NCBI GenBank assembly: GCA_963827685.1 | Contig: CAWHBU010000004.1 | Span: 32,001-96,000 of the forward strand | DNA: 64,000 bases | Source: an uncultured delta proteobacterium | GTDB taxonomy: Bacteria > Desulfobacterota > BSN033 > UBA1163 | Direction: 5' to 3' | Shown: positions 30,913 through 40,254 of the stretch, one piece after another | Layout of the letters: every line of letters starts with the position of its first letter | Position numbering within the stretch: the first letter of the stretch is position 1 | Notes under the pieces: model-generated | The model's input: the letters and a program-made list of their open reading frames with translations, nothing else | The model's database searches: none | Told to the model about the DNA's origin: nothing | Position numbers and translations under genes: made by a program

Positions 30913-30913
30913 A

Positions 30914-31102
30914 GGTTGACCCATTCGGCGGCGCCAAGCCCCGCCTTTGAAGGCTAGTAAAGAAGCACCGCTCTCTTCGGCAAGCTCAGAACACTGAGTC
31001 TGTCGAAGTGCAGGGTCAACCGTGAGCCCTCGGCCTGAAATGAATCGAACGCTCGGGCCGAAGGTAGGCCTGGCCTTCAGGCCGGGGAGTCGAAGGGTTG
31101 AC
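30914..31102. repeat. Composite palindromic / MITE-like element
   Basis: Contains CTTCGGCAAGCTCAG-aaca-CTGAGTCTGTCGAAG and IS200/605-end-like hairpins (gccccgcctttgaaggc; cctggccttcaggccgggg); GGTTGAC at both ends. Confidence 0.5.
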
Positions 31103-31182
31103 TTTAAGGGGATGTCCTGGGTTATGATACAGTTTACTGAGGATCCATAGAAGGAACAAATAATAAGAAAGGAGCTTATTAA

Positions 31183-31908
31183 ATGAGATTAAAACTGATC
31201 GTCGTCTTAGGGATTCTGTTTTTAGTGAGCCAGGTGAGTGCGGAGGAAAAATTGGTCCTGAAAAACCAGAAGGAAAAAGTCAGCTATATCATCGGCATGG
31301 ATATCGGAGGTAAACTAAAAACACAGTCGGTCGATATTGACCCGAATATTCTCGTAAAAGGAATCCAGGATGCCCTTATCGGTGCGAAGCCTTTATTGAC
31401 CAATCAGGAAATTCAGGAAACCATGCTTGCTTTTCAGAAAGAGATGATGGCGAAGCGGGAGGAGATGGCCAAGAAAAACAAGGCAGAGGGAGAGGCTTTT
31501 CTCGCTGAGAATAAGAAGAAGGAAGGCGTTAAAACCTTGCCGAGCGGTTTGCAGTATAAGGTGATCAAGGCAGGAACCGGTAAGAAACCGAAAGCAGATG
31601 ATACGGTAACAGCGGATTATCGGGGTACCCTGATTAGTGGGACGGAGTTTGACAGCTCTTATAAGCGTGGACAACCTGCAACCTTTTCAGTTTCCGGTGG
31701 CATGATTCCGGGTTGGACCGAGGCTTTGCAGCTGATGGAGGTGGGTGCGAAATGGCAGCTCTTTATTCCTTCGAATCTCGCCTATGGTGAACGTGGAGCG
31801 GGCGGCATAATCGGACCCAATGCGACTCTAATTTTCGAAGTTGAACTGGTCTCAATTAAAGAGAAAGCACAAGAGAATAAACCTGAAAATAAACAAGAGA
31901 AAAAATAA
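31183..31908 (+). CDS. FKBP-type peptidyl-prolyl isomerase (FkpA/Mip family)
   Basis: Signal peptide, SYIIG, SGLQYKV, FDSSYKRG, IPGWTEAL, IGPNATLIFEVEL. Confidence 0.95.
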   Translation: MRLKLIVVLGILFLVSQVSAEEKLVLKNQKEKVSYIIGMDIGGKLKTQSVDIDPNILVKGIQDALIGAKPLLTNQEIQETMLAFQKEMMAKREEMAKKNKAEGEAFLAENKKKEGVKTLPSGLQYKVIKAGTGKKPKADDTVTADYRGTLISGTEFDSSYKRGQPATFSVSGGMIPGWTEALQLMEVGAKWQLFIPSNLAYGERGAGGIIGPNATLIFEVELVSIKEKAQENKPENKQEKK

Positions 31909-31969
31909 GATCATCCAGGCATTTAGAAAAGGTCCTTGAAAAAGGGCGGTAACGGGGTGTGCAAAAGAA

Positions 31970-32476
31970 ATGAAGAATCCATTGAGACGGATTACGGTCA
32001 TCCTTCTCTTTATATTCTTTTTATCCCCGGCATCCTCTGCGGTGTCCGGTGATTATTATAAATGGAAAGATAAGGATGGGAACGTAGTTTTCTCTGACAT
32101 CCCTCCCCCGCCCGGAGTAAACGCGGAGATGAAGGAGTTTAAACAAGATGCGACAGAAAGACCAAAGACAAAAGAATATCCCCAAAGGCCCTCCAATGAA
32201 AGTGTTAAAGAGAAAAGGCCCTATGGGGATATCCATGTCATCATGTATATGACATCGTGGTGTCCCTATTGTGCCAAGGCGAGAAATTATCTGCGTTCTC
32301 TGAACGTTAACTTGATCGAATACAATATCGAACAAGACAGAAGTAGAAGGGAGGAAATGCTGAGCAAGAGCGGTGGCTCTATGGGTGTTCCCGTCATCGA
32401 TATTGAGGGGATTATCCTCCGAGGATACAACCCTGATACCCTTCAGGGAGCCATCGAGAGAAGAAGAAATTTATAA
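31970..32476 (+). CDS. DUF4124 + glutaredoxin-domain protein
   Basis: YKWKDKDGNVVFSDIPP; WCPYC and GVPVI. Confidence 0.88.
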   Translation: MKNPLRRITVILLFIFFLSPASSAVSGDYYKWKDKDGNVVFSDIPPPPGVNAEMKEFKQDATERPKTKEYPQRPSNESVKEKRPYGDIHVIMYMTSWCPYCAKARNYLRSLNVNLIEYNIEQDRSRREEMLSKSGGSMGVPVIDIEGIILRGYNPDTLQGAIERRRNL

Positions 32477-32613
32477 ATTTGCTTAAATTCTATCAGACAA
32501 GTCCATCATTATAACCTGATAACCTGTCAAACTCGCCTACGACTACGCTGCGAATCATTAACCCCTTAATTTTCTTGAAAAAAATCGGGACTCGTGTTAG
32601 TTTTGTTTTGACT

Positions 32614-33327
32614 ATGAATGAAACGATGATTGAGACGTACCAGGTTTCTAAGACTTATCCGAGTCAGATCTCCGCTCTTTCGGATATCACCATGGAGATC
32701 TTATCAGGAGAATTCACATTCATTGCGGGTCCCAGCGGTTCTGGGAAAAGCACCCTTCTTCGCATCCTGTTCTGTGCAGAAAGACCCACGAGTGGGGAGG
32801 TCGTCGTTCATGGGACGCATATCACCCAACCTGGTTTCAAAAAAATCTATCAATTGAGAAGGATGATGGGAATCGTTTCGCAAGATTTTAAATTATTAAA
32901 AGACCGGACCGTAAACGAAAATGTCGCCCTCGCTCTGGAAGCAACCGGTCACACCCGGAAGGAGGCAAAAAGTAGAGCCTCGGATATGTTGAGGCGAGTT
33001 GGGCTTGAAGAGAGAGAAGGAGATTCCATCCTTGCCCTCTCAGCGGGAGAACAACAGCGGGTGGCTATCGCCCGGGCTCTGGTCAATTCACCGCCCTTAA
33101 TTCTCGCCGATGAACCCACAGGGAATTTGGATGCCAAGACGACCCTTGATATCATGGCGATCTTTACCGATCTGCACCAAAAGGGAACGACGATCGTGTT
33201 TGCTACTCAATTTACAGGACTCGTTAAACGTTTTCCTTATCGTGTCATTCAGATTTTGAATGGGCAGATCTCGAATGGAAGAAAGGTGGACATCGATAAG
33301 GGTCGAGAGGTCAAGGCAGGGGAATGA
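32614..33327 (+). CDS. ftsE: Cell division ABC ATPase FtsE
   Basis: [25 protein letters not shown]; overlaps the ftsX start. Exact start uncertain (32614 or 32626). Confidence 0.88.
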   Translation: MNETMIETYQVSKTYPSQISALSDITMEILSGEFTFIAGPSGSGKSTLLRILFCAERPTSGEVVVHGTHITQPGFKKIYQLRRMMGIVSQDFKLLKDRTVNENVALALEATGHTRKEAKSRASDMLRRVGLEEREGDSILALSAGEQQRVAIARALVNSPPLILADEPTGNLDAKTTLDIMAIFTDLHQKGTTIVFATQFTGLVKRFPYRVIQILNGQISNGRKVDIDKGREVKAGE

Positions 33328-34223
33328 TGTTTTTTCTCAAGTATGTGGCGAGGCGGACTTTTCAAAACATGATGGGAAACTTATTCCCAAATCTCATCAC
33401 GATCGGCATCATCGTCATCTCAATGCTGATCTTTTCGACCTTCACTTTGCTCGCCTTCAACCTGACCAACTTCCTCAAGATTTGGGAGGACAAAATTGAG
33501 GTCATCGCCTACTTGAAGCGAGGAACCCCTTCCAGTGAAGTGGAACCTCTCTTAAACAAGACTCGGCTCCTTGAAGGGGTGGAGATTGTAAGATATGTCT
33601 CCCCTTACGATGCGATGACCTTTGTGGAGACGAAATTGGGCGGGCAAAAAAACCTTCTCGAAGGGATTGAACCAGCCCTTCTTCCGCCTTCCTTCGAAAT
33701 TCAATTAAAGAAGGATTATCGGAATTCCACAAGGATTAAAGAGGTGGTCACCCATTTGAAAGAAATTCCGCAATTTGAAGAAATTCAATACGGACAAGAG
33801 TGGGTGGAGACATTTTCTGTGCTCGTCCATATCCTGCGCCTCACCCAATGGATACTGGGAGGGCTTCTCCTCATCGCGATCGTATTCATCACTTCCAATA
33901 CCCTCCAATTAACCATCTCCTCCCGTCGGGAGGAGATCGAAGTGATGTACTGGGTGGGGGCAAGCCCTGCTTTCATCCGGGTCCCCTTCTACGTGGAAGG
34001 ACTCATTCAAGGTCTCCTCGGAGGAGGATTGGCGATTCTTTTTCTCTTCTTGTTGCATCAAGGGCTTTTTCTCTACATTCCCCCGTCCATGCAAGCGTGG
34101 TTGGCAAAGATCCCCGTCCTTTTTTTGCCACCGGAGACCATTGCCTGGATATTATTAGGAGGAATGGTACTTGGTTTTTTTGGGAGCATCGTCGCTTCGA
34201 TGAGGGTTCTAAAATATAGATGA
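33324..34223 (+). CDS. ftsX: Cell division permease FtsX
   Basis: Four TM segments; NTLQLTISSRREEIEVM..VGA...FIRVPFYVEG. Confidence 0.92.
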   Translation: MMFFLKYVARRTFQNMMGNLFPNLITIGIIVISMLIFSTFTLLAFNLTNFLKIWEDKIEVIAYLKRGTPSSEVEPLLNKTRLLEGVEIVRYVSPYDAMTFVETKLGGQKNLLEGIEPALLPPSFEIQLKKDYRNSTRIKEVVTHLKEIPQFEEIQYGQEWVETFSVLVHILRLTQWILGGLLLIAIVFITSNTLQLTISSRREEIEVMYWVGASPAFIRVPFYVEGLIQGLLGGGLAILFLFLLHQGLFLYIPPSMQAWLAKIPVLFLPPETIAWILLGGMVLGFFGSIVASMRVLKYR

Positions 34224-35428
34224 AAGGGTTTTTGAGTAAGAGAGGGATAGGGATTGGAGGTTTTCTGATAGGATGGATGATCTCCTTCGGGACGCTTTGG
34301 GCCGTCCCCGCCGATCAGATTGATAAGGACATCACCCAAAAAAAGAAGGACCTCAAAGACATTAAAAAAGAAATCAACTTAACCAAGGAGAAGGAAAAAA
34401 AGGCTCGGGGAAAAGAATCTTCCATCCTTGGAACCCTCCATCTCCTGGAAGTTGAGCTTTATCGAAAGGAGAAAGAATTAGGACAGATGGAGACGCAGTT
34501 GACCCAAACCCAGGAAAAGCTCCGCCAGACAAGATACCAGATCGTCGTGCTCAGCGAAGGGATGGAGCATTCCAAAGAGGAGCTCTTCGCCAGGCTGATC
34601 GCCCTGTATAAGATGGGAAGGGTTCCTGTGGAGGGTCTCCTTCTCACGTCACAATCTTACCCCGATCTATTGAGGCTTGATAAATATTTAAGGGTCATTA
34701 TTGATTACGATGCTCGCCTGGTCGAGACCTACCGTTATCAAGTCGTTTTGAAAGAACGATACCAGGAGGAGTTGATTCAGGATCAGTTCCAATGGCAGCG
34801 AAATATTTCTGAGATAGAGAAGAAGAAAAAGGAGATCACGAAGGTCAGTGGGAAGAAACGGGCACTCCTCAAGTCCATCCAGGATCAAAAGGTAGTCTAC
34901 CAGAAGGTCCTGTTGGAATTAGAAGAGCGAGCCAAGGGACTTCAAACGCTCGTGGCTAAACTGGAACGGGAGAAGAGTCTTCTGACCTACGGGAAATTGA
35001 AATACGAAACCCTCAAGGGAAAGTTGACCCCACCCGTCCAGGGGAAAGTGCTCAGTTTGTTTAAAGAGAAGGGGCAGAATGGGATTGAAATCAAAGCCCC
35101 GATGGGAGCCCAGATTCGAGCGGTCCTCTCTGGGAAAGTTCTCTATGCCGATTGGTTCAAGGGATTTGGAAATATTGTGATTATCGATCACGGGGATCAT
35201 ACCTTCACTGTTTCCGGTTACTGTTCTGAGTTATTGAAGAAACCTGGAGATGCTGTTTCCGAGGGCGAAGCGATCGCCCTGGTAGGAAGCGCGGGATCAT
35301 TGAAGGGTCCTTGTCTCTATTTTGAAATTCGCCATCACGGCAAACCTCAGGATCCTATGGAATGGCTCTCTCACTTAGATCGAATCGTTTCCCTTCCCGA
35401 GGAGCATCGCAAAGGGTTGAAAGGATGA
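34220..35428 (+). CDS. envC: Murein hydrolase activator EnvC (coiled coil plus degenerate M23 domain)
   Basis: Long coiled coil, NGIEI, GFGNIVIIDHG, LYFEIR; position after ftsEX. Confidence 0.88.
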   Translation: MKGFLSKRGIGIGGFLIGWMISFGTLWAVPADQIDKDITQKKKDLKDIKKEINLTKEKEKKARGKESSILGTLHLLEVELYRKEKELGQMETQLTQTQEKLRQTRYQIVVLSEGMEHSKEELFARLIALYKMGRVPVEGLLLTSQSYPDLLRLDKYLRVIIDYDARLVETYRYQVVLKERYQEELIQDQFQWQRNISEIEKKKKEITKVSGKKRALLKSIQDQKVVYQKVLLELEERAKGLQTLVAKLEREKSLLTYGKLKYETLKGKLTPPVQGKVLSLFKEKGQNGIEIKAPMGAQIRAVLSGKVLYADWFKGFGNIVIIDHGDHTFTVSGYCSELLKKPGDAVSEGEAIALVGSAGSLKGPCLYFEIRHHGKPQDPMEWLSHLDRIVSLPEEHRKGLKG

Positions 35429-35556
35429 TAAAGAGGTCTCTCAAAAACCGCTCAATCTTGGGAGCCCTCGAATATTTGCAGTCTGTGTAATCGTTTCTCA
35501 ATTTAGGGTATTAGAGATTTTTGGAAATTTTCAGAAATCTCCTAAAGGAGGATGAT

Positions 35557-36891
35557 ATGTCTCAGTGGAAAAGAATAGGAAATCTTAGAATCGTTTTGAT
35601 GATCCTTGCGGTCTTCCTCATCGGAGTCCTGATCGGGTCGGGCCAATCTCAAAGGGTTTCAGCCCTTCCCGATAGTACGTACGAAGATCTGAAGGTTTTT
35701 GCGGATGTCCTGGGTCTCATTCAGAAGGATTACGTGGAGGAGACCAAATCAAAGGACCTGATTTATGGTGCGATCAAAGGGATGCTGGAGACCTTAGACC
35801 CCCATTCCGGCTTCATGCCGCCTGATATGTATAAAGAAATGCAGGACGAGACAAAAGGCCGGTTTGAAGGATTGGGAATCGAGATCACCGTTAAAGATGG
35901 CATTCTCACCGTGGTCTCTCCCATCGAAGATACGCCCGCGTACAAGGCTGGAGTTCTGGCTGGGGATCAGATTATTAAGATCGAGGGAGAGTCGACCAAA
36001 AATTTCACCCTGATGGATAGTGTGAAACGATTGCGAGGCCCCAAGGGGACCAAAGTGACGATCACCATCATGCGGGAGGGCCTCACCAAACCTAAAGATT
36101 TCACGTTGGTCCGGGATGTCATCCCCGTCCGAAGTGTTCGCCACGAATTGTTGGAGAAGAATTACGGGTATATCCGCCTCTCCCAATTTCAAGAAAAGAC
36201 GGATGGTGACTTTGAGAAGGCGATGAAGGCATTGGAGCAAGAGAGCAATGGAGCCCTGAAAGGGTTGGTCCTCGATCTTCGGAATAACCCGGGAGGCCTT
36301 TTGGATTCAGCCGCTCAAATAGCAAATCGATTCATCGACTCGGGGCTGATTGTTTCGGTAGAGGGGAGGAGAGAGGATCAGAACAGAAAATATTATGCTC
36401 ACCCTGATGGGAATGTTAGTCATTATCCACTGGTCGTCTTGGTCAACGGCGGGAGCGCCAGTGGTGCGGAGATCGTGGCAGGTGCCATTCAGGATTACGG
36501 TCGTGGCATCATCGTCGGAACTCAGACGTTTGGAAAGGGATCGGTTCAAACGATCATCCCATTGAAGGATGGATCGGGTTTGAGGTTGACCACTGCAAGA
36601 TACTTTACCCCCAGTGGTCGTTCCATTCAGGCCAAAGGAATTGTGCCTGATATCATTGTCAAACCTTCGCGGGCTGAGGAGGAGAAGGAGGTCGTTATCC
36701 CCAAACTCCCTGCAGAAAGGGATTTGGAGAGACATCTGATGGATATGGAGAAGGGGGTGCCCAAGGAGAAAGAAAAATCAAAGAAGGAAGAGGTGAAGGA
36801 GAAAAAACCAGTCGATCATCAACTGGAGCGAGCCCTTGAGCTTCTAAAAAGTTGGGAAATTTTTAAAAATATAGCCAAAGGAGATAAATAG
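35557..36891 (+). CDS. ctpA: S41 carboxyl-terminal processing protease
   Basis: LDPHS, PDZ GLGI, DLRNNPGGLL, SASGAEIVAG, FGKGSVQ; GGAGG RBS before the ATG at 35557. Confidence 0.93.
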   Translation: MSQWKRIGNLRIVLMILAVFLIGVLIGSGQSQRVSALPDSTYEDLKVFADVLGLIQKDYVEETKSKDLIYGAIKGMLETLDPHSGFMPPDMYKEMQDETKGRFEGLGIEITVKDGILTVVSPIEDTPAYKAGVLAGDQIIKIEGESTKNFTLMDSVKRLRGPKGTKVTITIMREGLTKPKDFTLVRDVIPVRSVRHELLEKNYGYIRLSQFQEKTDGDFEKAMKALEQESNGALKGLVLDLRNNPGGLLDSAAQIANRFIDSGLIVSVEGRREDQNRKYYAHPDGNVSHYPLVVLVNGGSASGAEIVAGAIQDYGRGIIVGTQTFGKGSVQTIIPLKDGSGLRLTTARYFTPSGRSIQAKGIVPDIIVKPSRAEEEKEVVIPKLPAERDLERHLMDMEKGVPKEKEKSKKEEVKEKKPVDHQLERALELLKSWEIFKNIAKGDK

Positions 36892-36962
36892 TTCAGAGTT
36901 CGGAGAAAAAAAGAACTCAAAAGCAAGAATTAAAAACTCGTTCGAAGGTTTTACAGGGTTCA

Positions 36963-38099
36963 ATGGCTAAACCACCACGCAGGCGAGGAAGACGGAGGAG
37001 GTGGATGGGTTATTTCTTCTCTTTCTTTCTCGGTGTGCTTCTGACATTTGGCGGATACGTCTATCTGACACGAGAAAAAGCTCTCTCTCCAGAGGATTTT
37101 TATAAGAACGTTTTTTTGGTCGACCAAATTATTCAAAGCCAGCTCTACGAGATCGGCCTTCAAAAAAAGAATATCCTTCTTCATCAGTCCTTATCAAAAA
37201 AAGAAGGAGACCTGACCTGGAAACAATCTTCTTTGAAGATCCAGGTTCTCCCCCCCCTTGCTTTCTCTCTAATTGAAGAAAATTTTAGGAGAAGCCTCTC
37301 TGCCCTTGGGAAACCCGTTTCGATCCAGTCCTCCCCAAAATCAGAATCCCTCTATTTGGAGGTTAAGGTTCTGAATCGAATCACCCATCAACTTACCTTT
37401 GTCTCCTCTATCCCATTCGCTCTGAAAACGGCTCTTCGCCCGAGGATTGCTATTGTGATTGACGACCTAGGGGGTGAAAACAAAATTTCTCAAGAACTCC
37501 TTCGTTGGGATCTCCCCATCACCTTTTCCATTCTTCCTTTCACCCCGTATTCTAAGGTTCTTGCTGGAGAGGCTCACCGAAGGGGAAAGGACGTCATCCT
37601 CCATCTTCCCATGGAGCCTCACGGCTATCCGCAGACCCGTCCGGGTGAGGGAGTTCTCCTTGAAGAGATGGATGAGGCGAGGTTACTTCGCCAACTCTCT
37701 AAAGATATTGAGGCGGTCCCTTACATCAAAGGAGTCAGCAGTCATATGGGGTCTCGATTGATGGAAGATCCCGAGAAGATCAAGATCGTCTTTTTAGAAT
37801 TGAAAAGGCGAGGACTCTTCTTTTTGGACAGTCGGACCACTCCTCAAACCGTTGGTCTCCAGGTTGCCGAATCCGTGGGCTTGAAGGCCATGGAAAGGAG
37901 CATTTTCATCGACAATTCATCGAATGAAGAAGATATCAAAAGGCAACTGGAACGGCTGATCCGCCTCTCTCTTTCCACAGGCAAAGCGATCGGGATTGGC
38001 CACCCTCATCCCTCCACGATTAAATACCTCAAAGAGATGATTCCTAAAATGAAGGAGAAGGGAATCGATATCGTCCCACTCTCTGCGGTGATGGAATAG
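36963..38099 (+). CDS. Divergent polysaccharide deacetylase (YibQ/DUF610 family)
   Basis: IAIVIDDLG, HLPMEP, HMGS, FLDSRT, AIGIGHP. Confidence 0.92.
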   Translation: MAKPPRRRGRRRRWMGYFFSFFLGVLLTFGGYVYLTREKALSPEDFYKNVFLVDQIIQSQLYEIGLQKKNILLHQSLSKKEGDLTWKQSSLKIQVLPPLAFSLIEENFRRSLSALGKPVSIQSSPKSESLYLEVKVLNRITHQLTFVSSIPFALKTALRPRIAIVIDDLGGENKISQELLRWDLPITFSILPFTPYSKVLAGEAHRRGKDVILHLPMEPHGYPQTRPGEGVLLEEMDEARLLRQLSKDIEAVPYIKGVSSHMGSRLMEDPEKIKIVFLELKRRGLFFLDSRTTPQTVGLQVAESVGLKAMERSIFIDNSSNEEDIKRQLERLIRLSLSTGKAIGIGHPHPSTIKYLKEMIPKMKEKGIDIVPLSAVME

Positions 38100-38232
38100 T
38101 TAATAAACAAGCTCCAAACACCCATCACCAAATAATCATCAAAATTTCAATGACCGAAATTCTTAAAATCGGACTGATGGATACTTTTGTGAACTGGTGA
38201 TTGGGATTTTTGGAACGATTTGAAATCTGCAA

Positions 38233-38400
38233 TCAGCTGTAGATCTTCAGAATTTCATCTCGAGGAAGAGGTTTAAGCTCTTTACGAGCTTTTTGATCTA
38301 TTCTCAAAACCCTCGCAGGCCCTTTCTTCACCTTACCGATGACTCGGAAGGGAATAGAATTTCTTCTGAAGGCTTTTTGAATTGGAAAGGATCTTTGGAG
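38233..38400 (-). pseudogene. 3' remnant of an AIR-synthase/HypE-like family gene
   Basis: Startless frame ...IQKAFRRNSIPFRVIGKVKKGPARVLRIDQKARKELKPLPRDEILKIYS* resembles the AIRS_C-family C-terminus. Confidence 0.45.
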
Positions 38401-38404
38401 GAGT

Positions 38405-38608
38405 TCAGGGTTTAATAATCACTTTGATCTGGGAAGCATTTTTGTCAATCTTTGTGCCCACCGAGGAGGAACAATAGGCACAGAGGTATTCATATTCCTC
38501 CCCTTCGGGTAAGACCAAAAGCAATCTCTTCCTTACGGGCACCGCTGCCTTACACCTGGGACAGTAAAGGGAGGTTGCTTCGAACTGTTCGAAACTGGGT
38601 TTCTGCAT
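38405..38608 (-). CDS. Small Zn-ribbon protein
   Basis: LYCPRCK...VRKRLLLVLPEG..YEYLCAYC; start likely at MQKPSF. Confidence 0.75.
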   Translation of the reverse strand: MQKPSFEQFEATSLYCPRCKAAVPVRKRLLLVLPEGEEYEYLCAYCSSSVGTKIDKNASQIKVIIKP

Positions 38609-38882
38609 ACCAATAATTATAAAAAAAGATGAGTCAGTAAACAACCATTTTTCGTCCTATTTGTGATTCCCCTGGGAGACCCGATAGAAATGTACCATCC
38701 TCACATCTGAGGGCCTCTTTGATGAAGAATGATTTTTTGATTTCTCCCTCCAGGATTAAAAATAGTCTGAGCCATATCAAAAGCCCTCGTGTTTGCATTT
38801 CTATTGACTAAAAAGCTGTTATGGGAAAGTGGTTAAAATTCCATTGGAACATGAATTTGGAAGATGATATAAAGAATAAGCA

Positions 38883-39431
38883 ATGAGGGGAAAAGCCTTT
38901 CTTCGCTGTCTTTCTTTGATCCTCATCCTCCTTTTCAGCCTTTTTTTCACAGCGGAAGGAGGAGAGGATAATCTCTTTTCAAAAATAAGGATCAATCCGA
39001 TTAAGGGCGATAAGAAGGCTCCGGATTTTTCTTTGAAAGACTTGAATGGTAAAAAGGTTGAAATAAAACAATTCAAAGGGAAGATTATCTTTCTCAATTT
39101 TTGGGCCACTTGGTGTGGTCCCTGCAAAGAGGAGATACCCAGCCTGGAGGTTCTGCACCAGCAGTTTCAAGAGAAAAATTTTGTCTTACTAACGATTTCT
39201 GTTGACTACGAAGGTTTGAAGCCTGTTCAGGATTTTATTAGCAAACATCATTACACCTTCCCTGTTTTACTCGATCCCAACTGCGAGGTCCTTGACCTTT
39301 TTGAAGTAAAAGGAATTCCAACGACCTTCGTCATCGACAAAAGGGGAAGAATGATCGGGAGGGCTATCGGTCCCAGGAATTGGAAAAGTCCAGAGGTTTT
39401 CTCTCTTATAAATCTCCTGATCGAAAAATAA
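38883..39431 (+). CDS. TlpA/ResA-family thiol-disulfide oxidoreductase
   Basis: APDFSL, LNFWATWCGPCKEEIP, GIPTTFVID. Confidence 0.93.
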   Translation: MRGKAFLRCLSLILILLFSLFFTAEGGEDNLFSKIRINPIKGDKKAPDFSLKDLNGKKVEIKQFKGKIIFLNFWATWCGPCKEEIPSLEVLHQQFQEKNFVLLTISVDYEGLKPVQDFISKHHYTFPVLLDPNCEVLDLFEVKGIPTTFVIDKRGRMIGRAIGPRNWKSPEVFSLINLLIEK

Positions 39432-39754
39432 GGGGAAGAAATAATGAAGAGGATGCCTCCGTTACGGGTGCGAGAGGTTGGTCCCCGCCACGGATAACTG
39501 AGAAGGTGTGAAAAAATTGTCTCGAGTTGAGAGGGCGGGTAGGGATATCGAAAGAGTTTTATAGCGATACCTCTTTGCGTCAACGACTCACGATGAAAAA
39601 CTTCAATCATGCTTTTTACCTGCATAGCCTTAGTTACCTTTGCATCCAAACGACCGCTTTTGTAAAACTTTGAAAATATCCCTGCCCGCCCGGCAGTGCC
39701 AATTTTTTTACACCTTCCGAGGCATTACCAAATAAGGGTATAAGGATGGGACCT

Positions 39755-39770
39755 TGGCACAAGAATTGCT
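39755..39770 (+). promoter_or_regulatory. sigma54 (-24/-12) promoter
   Basis: TGGCAC-AAGAA-TTGCT matches the TGGCAC-N5-TTGCW consensus. Confidence 0.7.
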
Positions 39771-39874
39771 GAATAAAATATAGAACTTTAGTAAAATCGT
39801 TTATTTTTGAATTGTGATATTCCCACAGCTTAGTTTATAGGGAAGAGTATAAGTCCATAATTTCAAGTACTAAG

Positions 39875-39972
39875 AAAAAGCTCTTGGCCAGGGACCTAAC
39901 TGAACTTAGGTCCCAGAACTGCTAAAACCTTCACCCCCCTTAAGGTTTAGCCAATAGGTCAAGAGCTTTTTT
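39875..39972 (+). ncRNA. Candidate structured RNA (three-way junction ending in a U-tract)
   Basis: Outer stem AAAAAGCTCTTGGCC/GGTCAAGAGCTTTTT encloses hairpins GGGACCTAA/TTAGGTCCC and GCTAAAACCTT/AAGGTTTAGC (C-rich loop). Confidence 0.5.
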
Positions 39973-40254
39973 GTTTCAAATTTCAACACAATAGGGTCCA
40001 AAAATATACATGGTTGTAACTAATTTAAATTAAAAAAGTTTTGTAAATACAGTTCAAAATCATAGGTTTTAGCTGTAAGAATTAATTAACATTAAAAACC
40101 TACGGTTGTTTTCTATTTAAAATAAGGAGTTCATAGTATTTACTTATGTGTGTATTTTTATTAGTCTTTAAGAATATGATATTTTTCTTTCATGTTCTTG
40201 TTCAGAAATAATTCCATTGGGAATTGATTAATTTTTCAGAAGGAAGGTGACGAA

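Noticed and set aside
38612-38800. Short minus-strand ORFs upstream of the Zn-ribbon gene, one with an internal TGA
   Set aside because: No recognisable motif, RBS or SECIS; could not be supported.
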